Assembly (NCBI GenBank): GCA_030390025.1
Contig: CM059431.1
Coordinates: 117,926,001-117,990,000 of the forward strand
DNA: 64,000 bases
Reading direction: 5' to 3'
From: Squalus acanthias
Lineage: Eukaryota
In this document: positions 1 through 12,167 of the stretch, one piece after another
Layout: each line of letters begins with the position of its first letter
How positions within the stretch are numbered: the first letter of the stretch is position 1
Program-made: the position numbers and the translations under genes
The notes under the pieces: model-generated
What the model was told of the DNA's origin: nothing
The model's database searches: none
What the model saw: only the letters and a program-made list of their open reading frames with translations

Positions 1-349
1 GCATCTACCCTGTCAATCCCCCTCAGAATCTTATATGTTTCAATGAGATCACCTCTCATTCATCTAAACTCCAGAGAGTATAGGCCCAATCTACTCAATA
101 TTGCCTCACAGAACGACCCTCTCATCCCAGGGATCTATCTAGTGAACCTTCGTTGCACCGCTTCTAAGGCAAGTATATCCTTCCTTAAATAAGGAGACCA
201 AAACTGTCCACAGTACTCCAGTTATGGTCTCACCAGTGCCCTGTACAATTATAGCAAGGCTTCCTTACTCTTGTACTCCAACCCTCTAGCAATAAAGGCC
301 AACATGCCATTTGCCTTCCTAATTGCTTGCTGTACCTGCATGCTAACTC
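1..349 (-). mobile_element. CR1-type LINE, 3' part of ORF2 (continues at 2131 after an insertion)
   Basis: Minus strand encodes an RGDLIETYKILRGIDRVD-type CR1 ORF2 C-terminus; sequence resumes colinearly at ~2131. Confidence 0.85.
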
Positions 350-350
350 T

Positions 351-2130
351 CGGGCCATTAATTTAATGGAGGAGGCGGGATGGTGGCGGGAGAGCTGGTT
401 GCGGTCCCACTCCCAGCTGCAGCCGCTCTGTAGACGTGCTTTTCCCTTGATTGGCCTTGTTAAGCCCGCCCTGTGGGCTTCCCGGCCAATTAACAGGAAG
501 CGGGTCTAATGACATCATTTGATGATGCATCTTCAGCCGGTTTCCTTAAAGGGACCACGTCGACATGGAGTTTGACAGATGTTCTGTCAGTGTTTGACAG
601 CATTGACATGCTGCAAACACTGACAAGCACTGCACAAAGGTGAACACTTGCACCCAGGCTCTCCAATGACCCCCTCCATATGCTTATAGAGGGAGTCACA
701 TCACGCAGGGAGGTTCTCTTCCCTTCCAAAGACGGAATAGACCTCCCCAGGACACCAACGCAGCCTGGTTGCACATTGCACAGGAGAGCAAAAGCAAGGA
801 TGTCATCAGGGGTCCCTGGCTGCGGTGCCGCCAACCTTTCAATGATCTCAGTGGATCACAAAATATTACTGCAAAGCCACACTCAAACTCACCCTACTGT
901 GCCACTCAACACATCCCCATCACTCTGCCTTCCATACCCTTCACCTGCACATCCTTACTCACACCAACTTACCTTGCACCTCCACCCATCTCTCTCTATC
1001 TACATTATCACTTCCCCATCTCACTAGCCACCCCTCACACTCACCCTCATCCTAGTGCAATCATACTAACTAACAACACACAAGGATAGGCACTTGAAAG
1101 GTTTAGCCAATATCCATGTGAAGTTTCTGGTAATGTGTTGTCATACAGTGAAATCTATATTTTCAACACTGCCCCTTATTGGACAGATCTGAGCGCACCT
1201 TGAGAAGTGTCTTACTGAGTTCCAGTGATTGTTCAGATATAACTTACCCCTCCCCCCCCGCCCCCCGCTACAGTGATATGTGTGCATGGAATGGCTTGGA
1301 CATTAAAGGGATGCTTCATGGTGTTGGTGTGGGATGGTGTCAACCTGGCGCATCATGTTGAGCCAGGGTTTACAGCGTCAATTGAAAAAAATCTGGTCAT
1401 GGTGACTCCGCCGCTGGCCTCCCGGCCAGCAATATTGTCAGGGGCTGATGTCCTGTGTCCTGTGCAGTATCAGGTGATGGCGGAGAAGGTTGGTGATGTT
1501 GTTGGTGATGTTAATGTGCCTGGTGATGTTGGTGTTGGGGCTGATCGTGGACGGATTCAGAGGACCAAGGTCTGATCGTTTCAATGGCTCCGATGTTGTT
1601 GCTGCAGGTCAGATGACAGCAGCGATCTGTCAATGGTGAGGGAGGTTCTCCCAATGAGGTGGCACTGGACATACAGTTGGATCTAAAAACTTGTAAGCTA
1701 AAGAAATCTCGATATGTATTACAAATGCAGTAACCAACATTTTTTGCACTCTGAAACTCACCATCTGCAACATGGCATTGTTTACACCACTTCTGCAGCT
1801 GTCAGCTTTTCACAAACATCAGAGCAGACTCAAAACACGCCAGGTTGAGCTGGCGTGTTCCCCGAACAGCAGGTAACCCGTGGGGGAGAGCGTAAAATTA
1901 GAAGTAAGCCTCAAAATAGTCTTAAATTGGCTCTTAACAAGCCATTTAACAAGCTGAATTGTATCCCCCGCCACTTGGTGTCGGGTCAGTTCTCCGCTGA
2001 CAGACCCGACACCTGGGAGACTCATGTGGAGGCGGGTTGACAGCGGGTTTCCTACCTGCTGTCAACCTTAGCTATTTTGACAGCAGACCCACCTCCAAAC
2101 CCACCCCCTCTAGCGCTATTAAATTTGCGG
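351..2130 (+). mobile_element. Non-autonomous PIF/Harbinger-derived element with decayed Myb/SANT-like gene
   Basis: Frameshifted MLIEGVTSRREVLFP...WLHIAQE...WLRCRQPFNDL Myb/SANT-like motif at 650-860; homologous to 22880-24100; splits the CR1; termini approximate. Confidence 0.7.
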
Positions 2131-4298
2131 TCTCTGTGTTTCTTGTACTAGGACACTCAAATCTCTCTGAACACCAACATTTAATAGCTTCTCACCATTT
2201 AAAAAATATTCTGTTTTTCTATTCTTCCTACCAAAGTGAATAATCTCACATTTCCCCACATTATACTCCATCTGCCACCTTATTGCCCACTCACTTAACC
2301 TGACTATGTCCTTTTGCAGGTTCTTTGTCGTCCTCACAGCTTACTTTCCCACCTGGCTTTGTATCGTCAGTAAACTTGGATACATTGCACTCGGTCCCTT
2401 CATCTAAGTCATTAATATAGATTGTAAATAGCTGAGGCCCAAGCACTGATCCTTGAGGCATCCCACTAGTTACAGCCTGCCAATCTGAAAATGACCCGTT
2501 TATCCCAACTCTCTGTTTTCTGTCTGTTAACCAATCCTTTATCCACGCTAATACCTTACCCCCCAACCCCATGTTCTTGCTTAACAACCTTTTATGTGGC
2601 ACCTTATCAAATGCCTTTTGGAAATCCAAATATACTACATCCACTGGCTCCCCTTTATCTACCCTGCTAGTTGCATCCTCAAAAATCTCTAATAAATTGG
2701 TCAAACATGATTTACCTTTCATAAAAACCATGTTGACTCTGCCTAATCATATTATGATTTTCTAAGTACCTTGTTAACACTTCCTTAATAATGGATTCAA
2801 GCATTTTCCTGACTACTGATGTCAGGCTAACTGGTCTATAGTTCCCGGTTTTCTCCCGCTCTCCTTTCTTGAATAGCAGGGTTACGTTGCTACCTTCCAA
2901 TCTGCTGGGACCTTTCCTGAATCTAGGGAATTTTGGAAGATCACAACCAATGCATCCACATCCCTGCAACCACCTGTTTTAGAACCTTGGGATGTAGGCC
3001 ATCAGATCCACAGGATTTGTCCACTTTTAGTCCCATTAGTTTCTCAAGTAATTTTTCCCTACTAATATTAATTACTTTAAGTTCCTCGCTCTCATTAGCC
3101 CCTTGGTTCCCCACAATTTTTGGTATACATTTTGTGTCTTCTACTGTGAAGACAGATACAAAATATTTGTTTAAAGCCTCTGCCATTTCTTTGTTCCCCA
3201 ATATAATGTCTCCTGTCTCAGCCTCTAAGGGACCAATGCTTTTTTTTGCTACTCTCTTGCTTTTTACATACTTGTATAAGCTCTTACAATCTGTTTTTAT
3301 ATTTCTTGCTAATTTAATCTCATATTCTATTTTCTCCCTTTTTATCAATGTTTTGGTCATCCTTTGCTGGTTTCTAAAGCTTTCCCAATCCTCAGGCTTA
3401 TTACTATTCTTTGCAACATTAGAAGCCTCTTTTAATCTAATACTATCCTTAACTTCTTTAGTTAGCCACGGATGACTCACTTTTCCCGTGGAGTTTTTAT
3501 TTCTCAATGGAATGTATATTCATAGAGAATTTTAGAATAGTTCTTTAAATGATTGCCACTGCTTATCTACTGTCATACCTTTTAATCTAATTTTCCAATC
3601 TACCTTAGCCAACTTGCCCCTCATATCTACGTAATTGGCTTTGTTTACGTTTAAGACTCTAGTGTCGGACTTAAGAATGTCACTTTCAAACTCAATGCGA
3701 AAATTCTATCATATTATGATTACTCTTTCCTAGAGGATCCTTTACTATAAGATTACTAATTAACCCTGACTCATTACACAAAACAAGATCTAAAATAGCC
3801 TGTTCCCTGGTTGGTTCCATAACATATTGTTCTCGGAAACAGTCTCAAATACATTCCATAAACTCATTTTCTAGATTACCCTTGACAATTTGATTTATCC
3901 AATCTATATGCAGATTAAAGTCCCCTATGACTATTGTTACAAGCTCCTATTATTTCTTGGTTAATACTCGGTCCAATGGCATAGCTACTGTTAGTGGGCC
4001 TATAAAATACTCCCACCACTGTTTTCTGCCCCTTGTTATTTCTTATCTCCACCCATACTGATTCTACTTCCTGATCCTCTGCGCCAAGATCCTTTCTCAC
4101 TACTGTCCTTATCTCATCCTTAATTATCAGTCTGCCTGTCTTTTCAATAAGTCAAGTACCATGGAATATTTAGTTCCCAACCCTCGTCACCTTGCAACCG
4201 TGTCTCTGTAATGGCTATTAGATCATACCCATTTATCACTATTTGTGCCACTAATTCTTCAACCTTGTTACGAATGCTTCGTGCATTCAGGTAAAGAA
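2131..4298 (-). mobile_element. CR1-type LINE ORF2 remnant (endonuclease to RT), frameshifted
   Basis: ORFs 2291-2731 ([28 protein letters not shown]), 2712-2969 (GNYRPVSLTS) and 3915-4100 (ESVWVEI...VGVFYRP, AP endonuclease). Confidence 0.9.
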
Positions 4299-4669
4299 CC
4301 TTGGGCTAGTAATTCATATGGTTTGCGCCATGCAGAAGCTGCCGCTAAAACGCCTTTGATAGCTGTAACATTCGAATGGGATGAAAATTGGGTGGGTTCT
4401 ACAGCGGGTGGGAAATCCACAGCGTCAGATTATCGCCCAGGCAGTCGAGGTGAAAATTTACCTCAGTATGTCATCGTTCTCCTGGGCATTCTGTAGCCTT
4501 GTGGATTGAATACTGACATTAACAACTTCAGATATTAACTGTCTTCTTGTTTTCCTGATGGTTTCTTCAATTCACGTTCAATTTCTTTCTATTTTGGAGT
4601 GCTTTACTTACCTTTTGTCCTTCTAATTAATATAAACAAACTGAGATAGCTTTTGTATATCACCCAACA

Positions 4670-5682
4670 CTTTTCATCTTTCCCTGCCTCTGCACTCGCT
4701 TAAAACCTGTCATATCTCTAACTTTTTCCAGTTCTGATGAAAGGTCATCGACCTGAGACGTTGGGCTGGATTTTGCCAATGGGGAGCTTTTGGAGGTGGT
4801 ACTCCCACTTGTCATGTTTTAGTCCCGCGTCTGGCCAACCCACGCTATTTTCCCTTGATTGACCATGTTAAGCCCGCCCAGCCAGGTTTAGCAGGCCAAC
4901 TAAGGGAAAGCCGGTGACAGAGAACGTCAGCGTATGACGTTTCCAAAAATTTTTGACAGATGAATTATCATTGTTTTGACAGCTCTGTGAAGCTGTCAAA
5001 CACTGACATTCTCTGTTGTTTGATGAGTCCTTGTATTCAAAACTAATCAAACCTATCTGCTGAGCAGAAATCAGATGGTTGTTGCATCAGAGAATGCAGC
5101 AGCCATCTGTCATCTCTGCCGTTGAGATGCAAGAGCCAAGGTTCCCCAACTGTTGAAGCCTGCAGGAAGAAACAAATGTAAGTAAACATTTTCTATCACT
5201 TTACACACACCTCACATAATTACCTCTCCACACTTGCTCCCATCACTCACCTCCACAGCGCACTTTTGTACCCCTCCGACCCCCGCAGACCCACTGCTCG
5301 CCTCCGTGACCCTGGCGGGGTTTCCCAAAGTCGGGAAGCCCGCACTTGCAGGGGTGAAATGGGGATAATCCTCTTAACTGCCTGTTAACTACCTGTGGCT
5401 GTAATCTCCTTCCCGCCTTGGGGAGGCGGCTCCCAGCACGGTTCAGGTACCTGCCTCCCGGACAGATGGCACGAAGGCGGGTTGGGAGCGGGATGGCCAC
5501 CCGCCCCCAGATTCTGCCATTTTCCCGGCAGTCCCGCCTCCAAACCCGCCTCCCCAGGGCTGGCAAAATTCCCCCCGTTAACTCTGTTTGTCTCTCCACA
5601 TATGCTGCCTGTCCAGCTGAGTATTTCCAGCATTTTCTGTTTTAATTTCAGAATTTGAGCATCCACAGTGTTCTGCTTTTGT
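4670..5682 (+). mobile_element. Penelope 3' tail fragment with hammerhead motif, split by the MITE at 4763-5576
   Basis: CTGATGAAAGGTCATCGACCTGAGACGTT resumes as GTTAACTCTGTTTG at 5577; same tail as the Penelope copies ending at 45874 and 49612. Confidence 0.75.
4763..5576. mobile_element. Harbinger-type MITE
   Basis: Imperfect TIRs GGGCTGGATTTTGCCA / TGGCAAAATTCCCCCC; 3-bp TSD GTT on both sides; related copy at 13970-14797. Confidence 0.8.
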
Positions 5683-8009
5683 ACTTTTAATCTTTTTCTA
5701 GTTCATATTTTCAAATCTGTTTGCAGGACATTAAGGCCTAGAAAATAAGAGCTGTGGAAACCTGCTGGTGGCACCGCGGGCCGTAGTTAACGGCCGCCAA
5801 AATTAATAGCGCTGGCAGCACCGGTATTATGATGCTGCTTGCTAATTGACATTAGTGCAGCGCTAAACTTACTGTGCAAGGCCGGTTTTCATGCCGGTAA
5901 TCTCAGCAGGAGGCCGAATGCAGCATGGCCATAGTGTCATTGCAGCTGCAGCAAGACCAGCCTTCTCTTAAAGCAAGGCTGTCATTTTAGAAAGTAGTGC
6001 GATCCCTTAAAGGGGAACTAACTTCTAAAATTGAAAAAAATAAAACACATTTAAAAATAGGCAGTTTTTAGCCCTTACAGCTCAACTGCCTTCTGAAAAA
6101 TAATTAACATTAAAAAGAATTTCCAAATGGCAGTCATCAGCTCTTAAAGCTGAATTGCCTTCTGCACCTAAAAAGCTTCAGCACTATCACTAATGGCTCA
6201 ACAAGTCATGGAGCGGCATCCAGGGTCTTGCACACAGCACTCCAGCTTTGTGCAGGGGGTCAACACTGCAAGAGAGGTCCTCTACCCACAGGGGCCAGAA
6301 GGCCCTCCAGAAAGAACGATGTAGGAGCAGATCATCAAGGCCATTACTGCCATCAGTGTCGCCCCCATGACCTGGCTCCAGTGCTCAAAGAAGCTTCATG
6401 ACCTCAGATCAGTGGTCAAGGTCAATGAATGCATATTCAAAAGGCATCTTCTACCTACTGCCCCACTAGCCCCACACACTGCTCATTGCACGATCCCCGC
6501 CCGCTCAATCACACACCTACCAACAATCACTCACCTACCAACAAACACGAGGCACACCTCCCATTCCTAGCTTTGCCTCACCCCCCTTTGAAGAGTTGGT
6601 GTTGGCCATTCTTGGCAGGGACATGGCTGAGCCCTTGGCCAGCAGCAGGGCTGAAAGGACACAAGAGTCTGATAACCTTGTGCGTTATCCTTCTTCTCGC
6701 ATGTGCCTCTTGCTTTCCTGCCCTCCCCTCAACACAACTCCACCCTTGTGCCTTCCTCATTTCACACACCCAAGAAATCCAGCCTGCCCAGCCAATGGTT
6801 GACCAAGAAGAGAGAGAGGATAATGAAGAAGAAGAAGAAGAAACACCAACACTCGATTTGAAACTCCCAGCCACCAGCTCCTCAAGGTTGACCTGCAAGG
6901 CCATTTGCAGTGTCCCCCACTGAAAGTCAACAGCCTCCCACCAGCCATGCTGCAGCCACTGGGGTAGCACTGCATGACATCAGTAGGATAGGCAAAGACA
7001 CATACAAGACAGACACTAAAGGGAATGCACAAAGGTGATGAGTTGATTTCTTGGTGCCATATTGAATGGATAGCTGTATAAAGTTGGATTGGAAAGTTTT
7101 CTTTGTGGTTGCTTTTATTTCAGCATTGTGGCCTAGAGGACGCTGTGATGGTCAGTAACAGAGGGAAGGTATGGTGTGGGACTAATGTTGAAAGGGAATT
7201 GGTGTAAAGGAATAGCCATATTTCAGAAAAATACACCATCCTATGAACAGAATTCTGACTTTATTAAAATATGACAAACTGGGTTTAAAAATCTAAAAGA
7301 CTCAATGACACAAGCTGTGAATACAGGCTTCTGAGATAAAATGAGTCACAAAGCAGTAAACACCATACAAGCTTTTGAAATGGGAATTGGTTGTAAATAC
7401 TAAGACAATGGCCTCATTGAAACAGAGGGTTGGAGGTTCCAAGAAGTCTGCAGTTTGGAACCAACACAATAGCTATACCCAGTTTAAAGTGTTAAAAAGT
7501 AGCACTTCAAACAGAAACACAGAGCATTAAAGAAACATGTGCCTTTGTAACATTAACATCACATGAAAGACAGGAAACATAAGTTTGTAATACAACCAAT
7601 TGAAGTAGATAAGAAATGCATAGAACACCCTAGTTGAAGTGTTTTTGATTTACATATTGTAAAAGTTACAAACAGAAGACTTTGTAAATATTACATCAAT
7701 AGATGCACCAAGCAATCACATGGTTTTTGTATTGAACTTGGAAAAGTTGGGAGACGCAAAGTCTGGGTTACAAGCAGCTGAGGTGGTTTAAGAATTCAAT
7801 AGAAGACCTTCCTAAGAATCGCATCAAATAGATACAAAAGTCAAATTGTTTTTTATGATAACATTCAAACACCTAAAGGTAGAGACAGAATTCTGCAAGT
7901 TAACAGCTGAACTGACAGTAAGATTAGAAAGAAGTCAACAGAGATATGACTAGAGATAATTAGCTTACATCAGCAGAAAACTTCAAAGAATATACCACTG
8001 CAAAAAGAG

Positions 8010-8016
8010 TATAAAA
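8010..8016 (+). promoter_or_regulatory. LTR TATA box (TATAAAA)
   Basis: Conserved in 3' LTR at 13250; followed by a splice donor and AATAAA in U3-R order. Confidence 0.65.
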
Positions 8017-8079
8017 TATAGAGCTTTCAGATAGGAAGTCAGAAGGGCAAAGCGATTCTCAACTTCAGAGGCAGGCTCT

Positions 8080-8085
8080 GTAAGT
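8080..8085 (+). promoter_or_regulatory. Putative major splice donor in R (GTAAGT)
   Basis: Consensus donor about 40-50 nt downstream of the inferred cap site; conserved in 3' LTR at 13331. Confidence 0.55.
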
Positions 8086-8297
8086 TTTTAACTCTTTGAG
8101 TCTCGGGGATCAAACGGTACTTTTATTTGATTTTGGTGGATATTCTGGATTAAGAATAAGACTTAGAAATGTAAAAATGTAACAAAGTTAAGATTTGAGA
8201 ATAAGGATCTCTGAGAATAAGAAATGTAAGCTATTTGTATTTTGAACTGTTAAAGTTGCGATTGACTCACCAACTGTTAACTACATGTCAGTTCTTT

Positions 8298-8303
8298 AAT
8301 AAA
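8298..8303 (+). terminator. LTR polyadenylation signal AATAAA
   Basis: Present in both LTRs downstream of TATA box and donor. Confidence 0.6.
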
Positions 8304-8650
8304 TCTATATATTTTTAGAATTGTGTCACAGAGTATTTCTGTATCAAACTCGCAAACTCAATCTCTGTACACTCTTTTGTGAGGTTGCAGAATTCTGGGG
8401 GGGTTTCCGGACCCTCATAATATCCGGAAGGTTACAGTCTAGTTAAACTTATTAAAAGTGCTATCTGGAGGACAGTAATATCTTCAAGTCATTTCTTTCC
8501 TTTAGGGAGAGATAGTCTGGACCTTTAGACCCAATTAAGTGTCTTATAGGATTCGGCTATCTCTAACTTTAGTTGAAGGGGAACGTCTGGGGAATACGCC
8601 TGATCTGGGGTTTCCCGAGAAGGGCTAGGACTTGTAATTATCCCTTCAGT

Positions 8651-8668
8651 TGGCGCCCAACATGTGTG
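8651..8668 (+). promoter_or_regulatory. Primer binding site, tRNA-Lys1,2 type
   Basis: TGGCGCCCAACATGTGTG 2 nt after the LTR end; first 11 nt match the Lys1,2 PBS TGGCGCCCAACGTGGGGC used by foamy viruses. Confidence 0.85.
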
Positions 8669-8942
8669 TTAATGAGTTGATATAGTACCTATACTTATAT
8701 TTATATCTATATATATCCTGTAGATTGTTAAGTATAGAAGGAGTGTTTCTGATAGTGGTACTAAGACCCAGATTTAAGTTTCTAGAGACGACAAGTCCCT
8801 GATCAGGCCTTGTAGAACTTAAATCAGAACTCCCTCAATATACCATTGAGGTCTAGAAGCTTCTTATAAAGTTCATATTAAACCCTAACCAAGGTTAGGT
8901 CCTGACGAAATTAAACCCTAACCGAGGTTAGGTCCTGAAGAA

Positions 8943-9556
8943 ATCGCAAACCCTGTCGGAATTGACCAAGTCTTTTTATTAGGAAATTCAAATGATTGCT
9001 TTATTAGGGGAAATAATCCTATCCCTGTACCTCCACAAAACCAAGTGATAATTTTTGAAATAGAAGGTTTTGATGCCGAAGGAGCCGTTCGAACTCATGG
9101 CATGATTAATGTTGATCCCCAGAACCAGGGGATACAGAATATCCAGTGGGATAATCAAACAAATACTCCAAATCCAATAAATTCCTTAATGATAAGGTGC
9201 ACACCTGCACAATTGGGAGGCCTAATGAACGGTGCCCAACAAGGTGGTGACAACCATGGCCGAATAGCAGGACCCAGAGCAGCCTATGCTCCTGGGGGCC
9301 ATGGATTCCAGTTAAGGTGGCAAGCTCATGATGAAATAAATGACCAGAATCTTCGAGAAAACTATAGACAGCTTAGAATTCAAGATAATAAACGGTCTGA
9401 CATACCCCCTAAGGGATCTGGAAAACATAATACCCTCAAGAGGGAGGAACAAAAATCAGTTAAAATAATTAAAGATAAAGCAGCAAATCAAACTCAGGAT
9501 CTTGAGGATGAACAATCCCAGGATTGGAGGCCTGGCACACAGCCAGGGCCTCTTGA
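8943..9556 (+). pseudogene. gag: Foamy-like Gag, N-terminal domain plus C-terminal tail, central region deleted
   Basis: Frame open from 8922; probable mutated start ATC at 8943 (IANPVG); PVPPQNQVIIFEIEG and GRIAGPRAAYAPG resemble the PFV Gag N-terminus; only ~205 codons. Confidence 0.65.
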
Positions 9557-11800
9557 ATTCCCCTATGCCCTCGCAAACTTGCCCACAAACACACAAGTGA
9601 AGGCTCTGTTTGATACGGGAGCTGATTACACTGTAATAGATCCTCCAATTATAAAAACTAAGGGGACAGATTTGGGTAACCCAATTTGTAAAAATCCATT
9701 AGGGGGATTCACACAAGATGAAACCAAAATGATTAATTTTTACAAAATACCTATTACTATATATGGAATCACGGTGACCCTAGATGTAGGACTGGTACCA
9801 CAATTGGCCTGTTCCCTCATTATAGGACAACCAGACATGAAACATTATCTTAAAATTCAGCCAAACCTGTAGAAGCATCCAGAGACCAGGATGACAGGGA
9901 AAAACATGTTTGAATACAGCTTGATCGAACTTGCCTAGAGGGGGGAGGCAAAGACCTTCTCGAGCAACTCATTAATAGATACTACCCTTATCTATAACAC
10001 CATACAAATCAATGTGGAAAGATAGAGCATCTCCCCATCATGAAGGATGATGATACGGAGGAGGGAATAAGACAAATAGCTATGAGACCGCTTACAGAAT
10101 ACCATCAAGTTATTTACTGTGATGGATCGTCAATGACGATTAAAAAAGGGACATCCCAACAATCCTCAGCTGGGATGGGGATAGTAGTAGGGACTTTTTG
10201 AGATTCCTATTCTTTTTATCAAGAAGAATTACTGTCCATACCCCTTGGCCATAAGACAGCACAATATGCTGAAGCCGCAGCATTATGGTATGCTTTAGAG
10301 AAAGCAGACCCTATTAAACCCACACTAATCTGAACGGATAGTGACTACTGTAAAAGAGGATATAACCAAGATCTAGTTTTCTGGGAACAAACAAATTTTA
10401 CCAATCATAAGGGTAAACCCATAAAGCATAAGTCATTGTGGGAAGAAATTCTCCGTTCGAGGATGGAGAAACAGAATTGTCAGGTGATTCATGTAAACAG
10501 GGCATACCACTGGGACAGTACACTCTAAAGGAAACAGCCTTGCTGACGAACAAGCAAAACGTTCGGTCTGCATGACACCCCCTCAAGAGGGGCCTGCCAA
10601 TGTTAGTGTAATCACTAGGGCAGAACGGGCAGCTAATCAGGATGAGGAACTGATTCAGCTATTAGACCCAACACAAGAGAATCCACCAGGATATCCACCA
10701 AAGTACTCTTACTCGGAAACCCCTACGGGTATAGTACTAGTTAAGTTGCCCAAGGGAAACCAAGAAGTACCCCCGAGCCACAAACGAGAACAGCTTGTAA
10801 AAGAAGCTCACGAGGGCATAAGTCAAGCACATTGTGATGCCAGAACAACATTCTGCAAATTGACCCCCTAATATTGGTGGCCAGGCATGCTTTGAGCCTG
10901 TAAAACATACGTGGCAAATTGTGAGCCATGCTATTTGACCAACAAATCATCACTAATTAAGCCACCACCATTGGCTCCTGTGAAAGCTGATGAGCCAATG
11001 CGAAAATTCTTTATTGACTTTATTGGACCACTTCCCCCATCTTTGGGATATAGACATGTTCTTGTTTGTGTGGATGGATGCACTTCCTTCTGCTCGCTGG
11101 TCCCCATAAAAACTGTTTCGGAAAACGCACTTGCCAGGGCTATTTCTGATATAATTACTGTAGCTGGTGCACACAAAATCTTACACTCTGATCAAGGTGG
11201 AGCCTTTGTATCCAAGGTCTTCAAAGACTACTGCGAACAAAGGGGGATTGGCTTAGTGCACAGCACGCCACGTCATCCGCAATCAGCGGGGCTGGTGGTA
11301 TGTAAAAACCAGGAAGTAAAAAAGCTATTGGTCAAACTGTTGAGAATTAGGGGGAATAAGTGGACCACCATCATTCCGGAGGTGCAGCTATCACTCAATG
11401 ATGTTCCCACATCTGCATCAGGGACAGTGTCCCCTAAAGCTCCATATTATCTGATGTATGGGGTTGAGATAGTTCTTTTATTGCCTCTACACACTCTGAG
11501 TCCTTGACCCGACAGCGACAGTTAGATTTAAAAAAAGAAGTAACAGAGAAGATTCATCGAATTGATCAGAGGATAAGGGAGGCAAATAGGCAGAAAAAAT
11601 TGACAAATAAAGCATGGCAACCCATAGTAGGAGAATGGGTACAGGAAAAGACGTTCGAGCAAAAACCTGGTTTAAGACTGAAGTGGAAAAAACCTGTTCA
11701 AATACATTCTGTTATTAACGAAAGAACAGTTCAAATACATAATAATCACCCGAATGGCAAGCATATTCTTAAAATTGTCTCCATAGACAATATCAAGAGA
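9508..11800 (+). pseudogene. pol: Foamy-like Pol: protease, RT N-terminal stub, RNase H, integrase; RT core deleted; stops and frameshifts
   Basis: ALFDTGA protease; VIYCDGS, AGMGIV, SIPLGHKTAQYAE, TDS, KPIKHKSLW, GNSLAD RNase H; GYPPKYSY, YWWP, KFFIDFIGPLPPSLGY, HSDQGGAF, STPRHPQS, WQPIVGEWVQE, VSIDNIK integrase. Confidence 0.92.
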
Positions 11801-12167
11801 TGCCCTGTGGGATACCGAAAAGGAGGAACAATACAAGGTGCAGTCGTACATTGTCTTTCAAGACCCAGCTTGGAGCACGACACAGGAAATGGATGCGATC
11901 GAATTACTGATGATGGTCAGTCAGACGGTGTCACCGGCTCTTCTACACGATGCTTGGCAACGCATCAGGAGTTGGATTTGCGAAAAGCAACAACCGAAAC
12001 AAGGAAAGATCAACAAGTTACTTCAGCGAAGGAGGAAGACATCGCGGATGAAGAAGGAATCAACTGAGTGCCTGGCAAGGCCTTTACGACAACAAGCATC
12101 TGTACACACGCCGGATCGAAGGAACAGCGTGTCAAGCTTCAATTACTTTCACATGACGTCTCCTTGA
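11787..12167 (+). other. Unassigned open frame between integrase and 3' LTR, candidate accessory gene remnant
   Basis: About 126 stop-free codons with basic cluster QRRRKTSRMKK; no hydrophobic Env features. Confidence 0.4.

Larger units (their letters stand above)
7203..8648 (+). repeat. 5' LTR (1446 bp)
   Basis: TGTAAAGG...CCCTTCA; direct repeat of 12443-13903. Confidence 0.95.

Noticed and set aside
2933..3475. Plus-strand hydrophobic ORFs opposite LINE and Penelope ORFs (also 63287-63685)
   Set aside because: Antisense shadows of retroelement coding sequence
9045..9872. Genuine Gag-protease fusion or stop-codon readthrough at TGG 9525
   Set aside because: A single-base deletion explains the fusion better, since restoring it recovers a Pol ATG, a Gag stop and a perfect stem; not fully excluded without other copies
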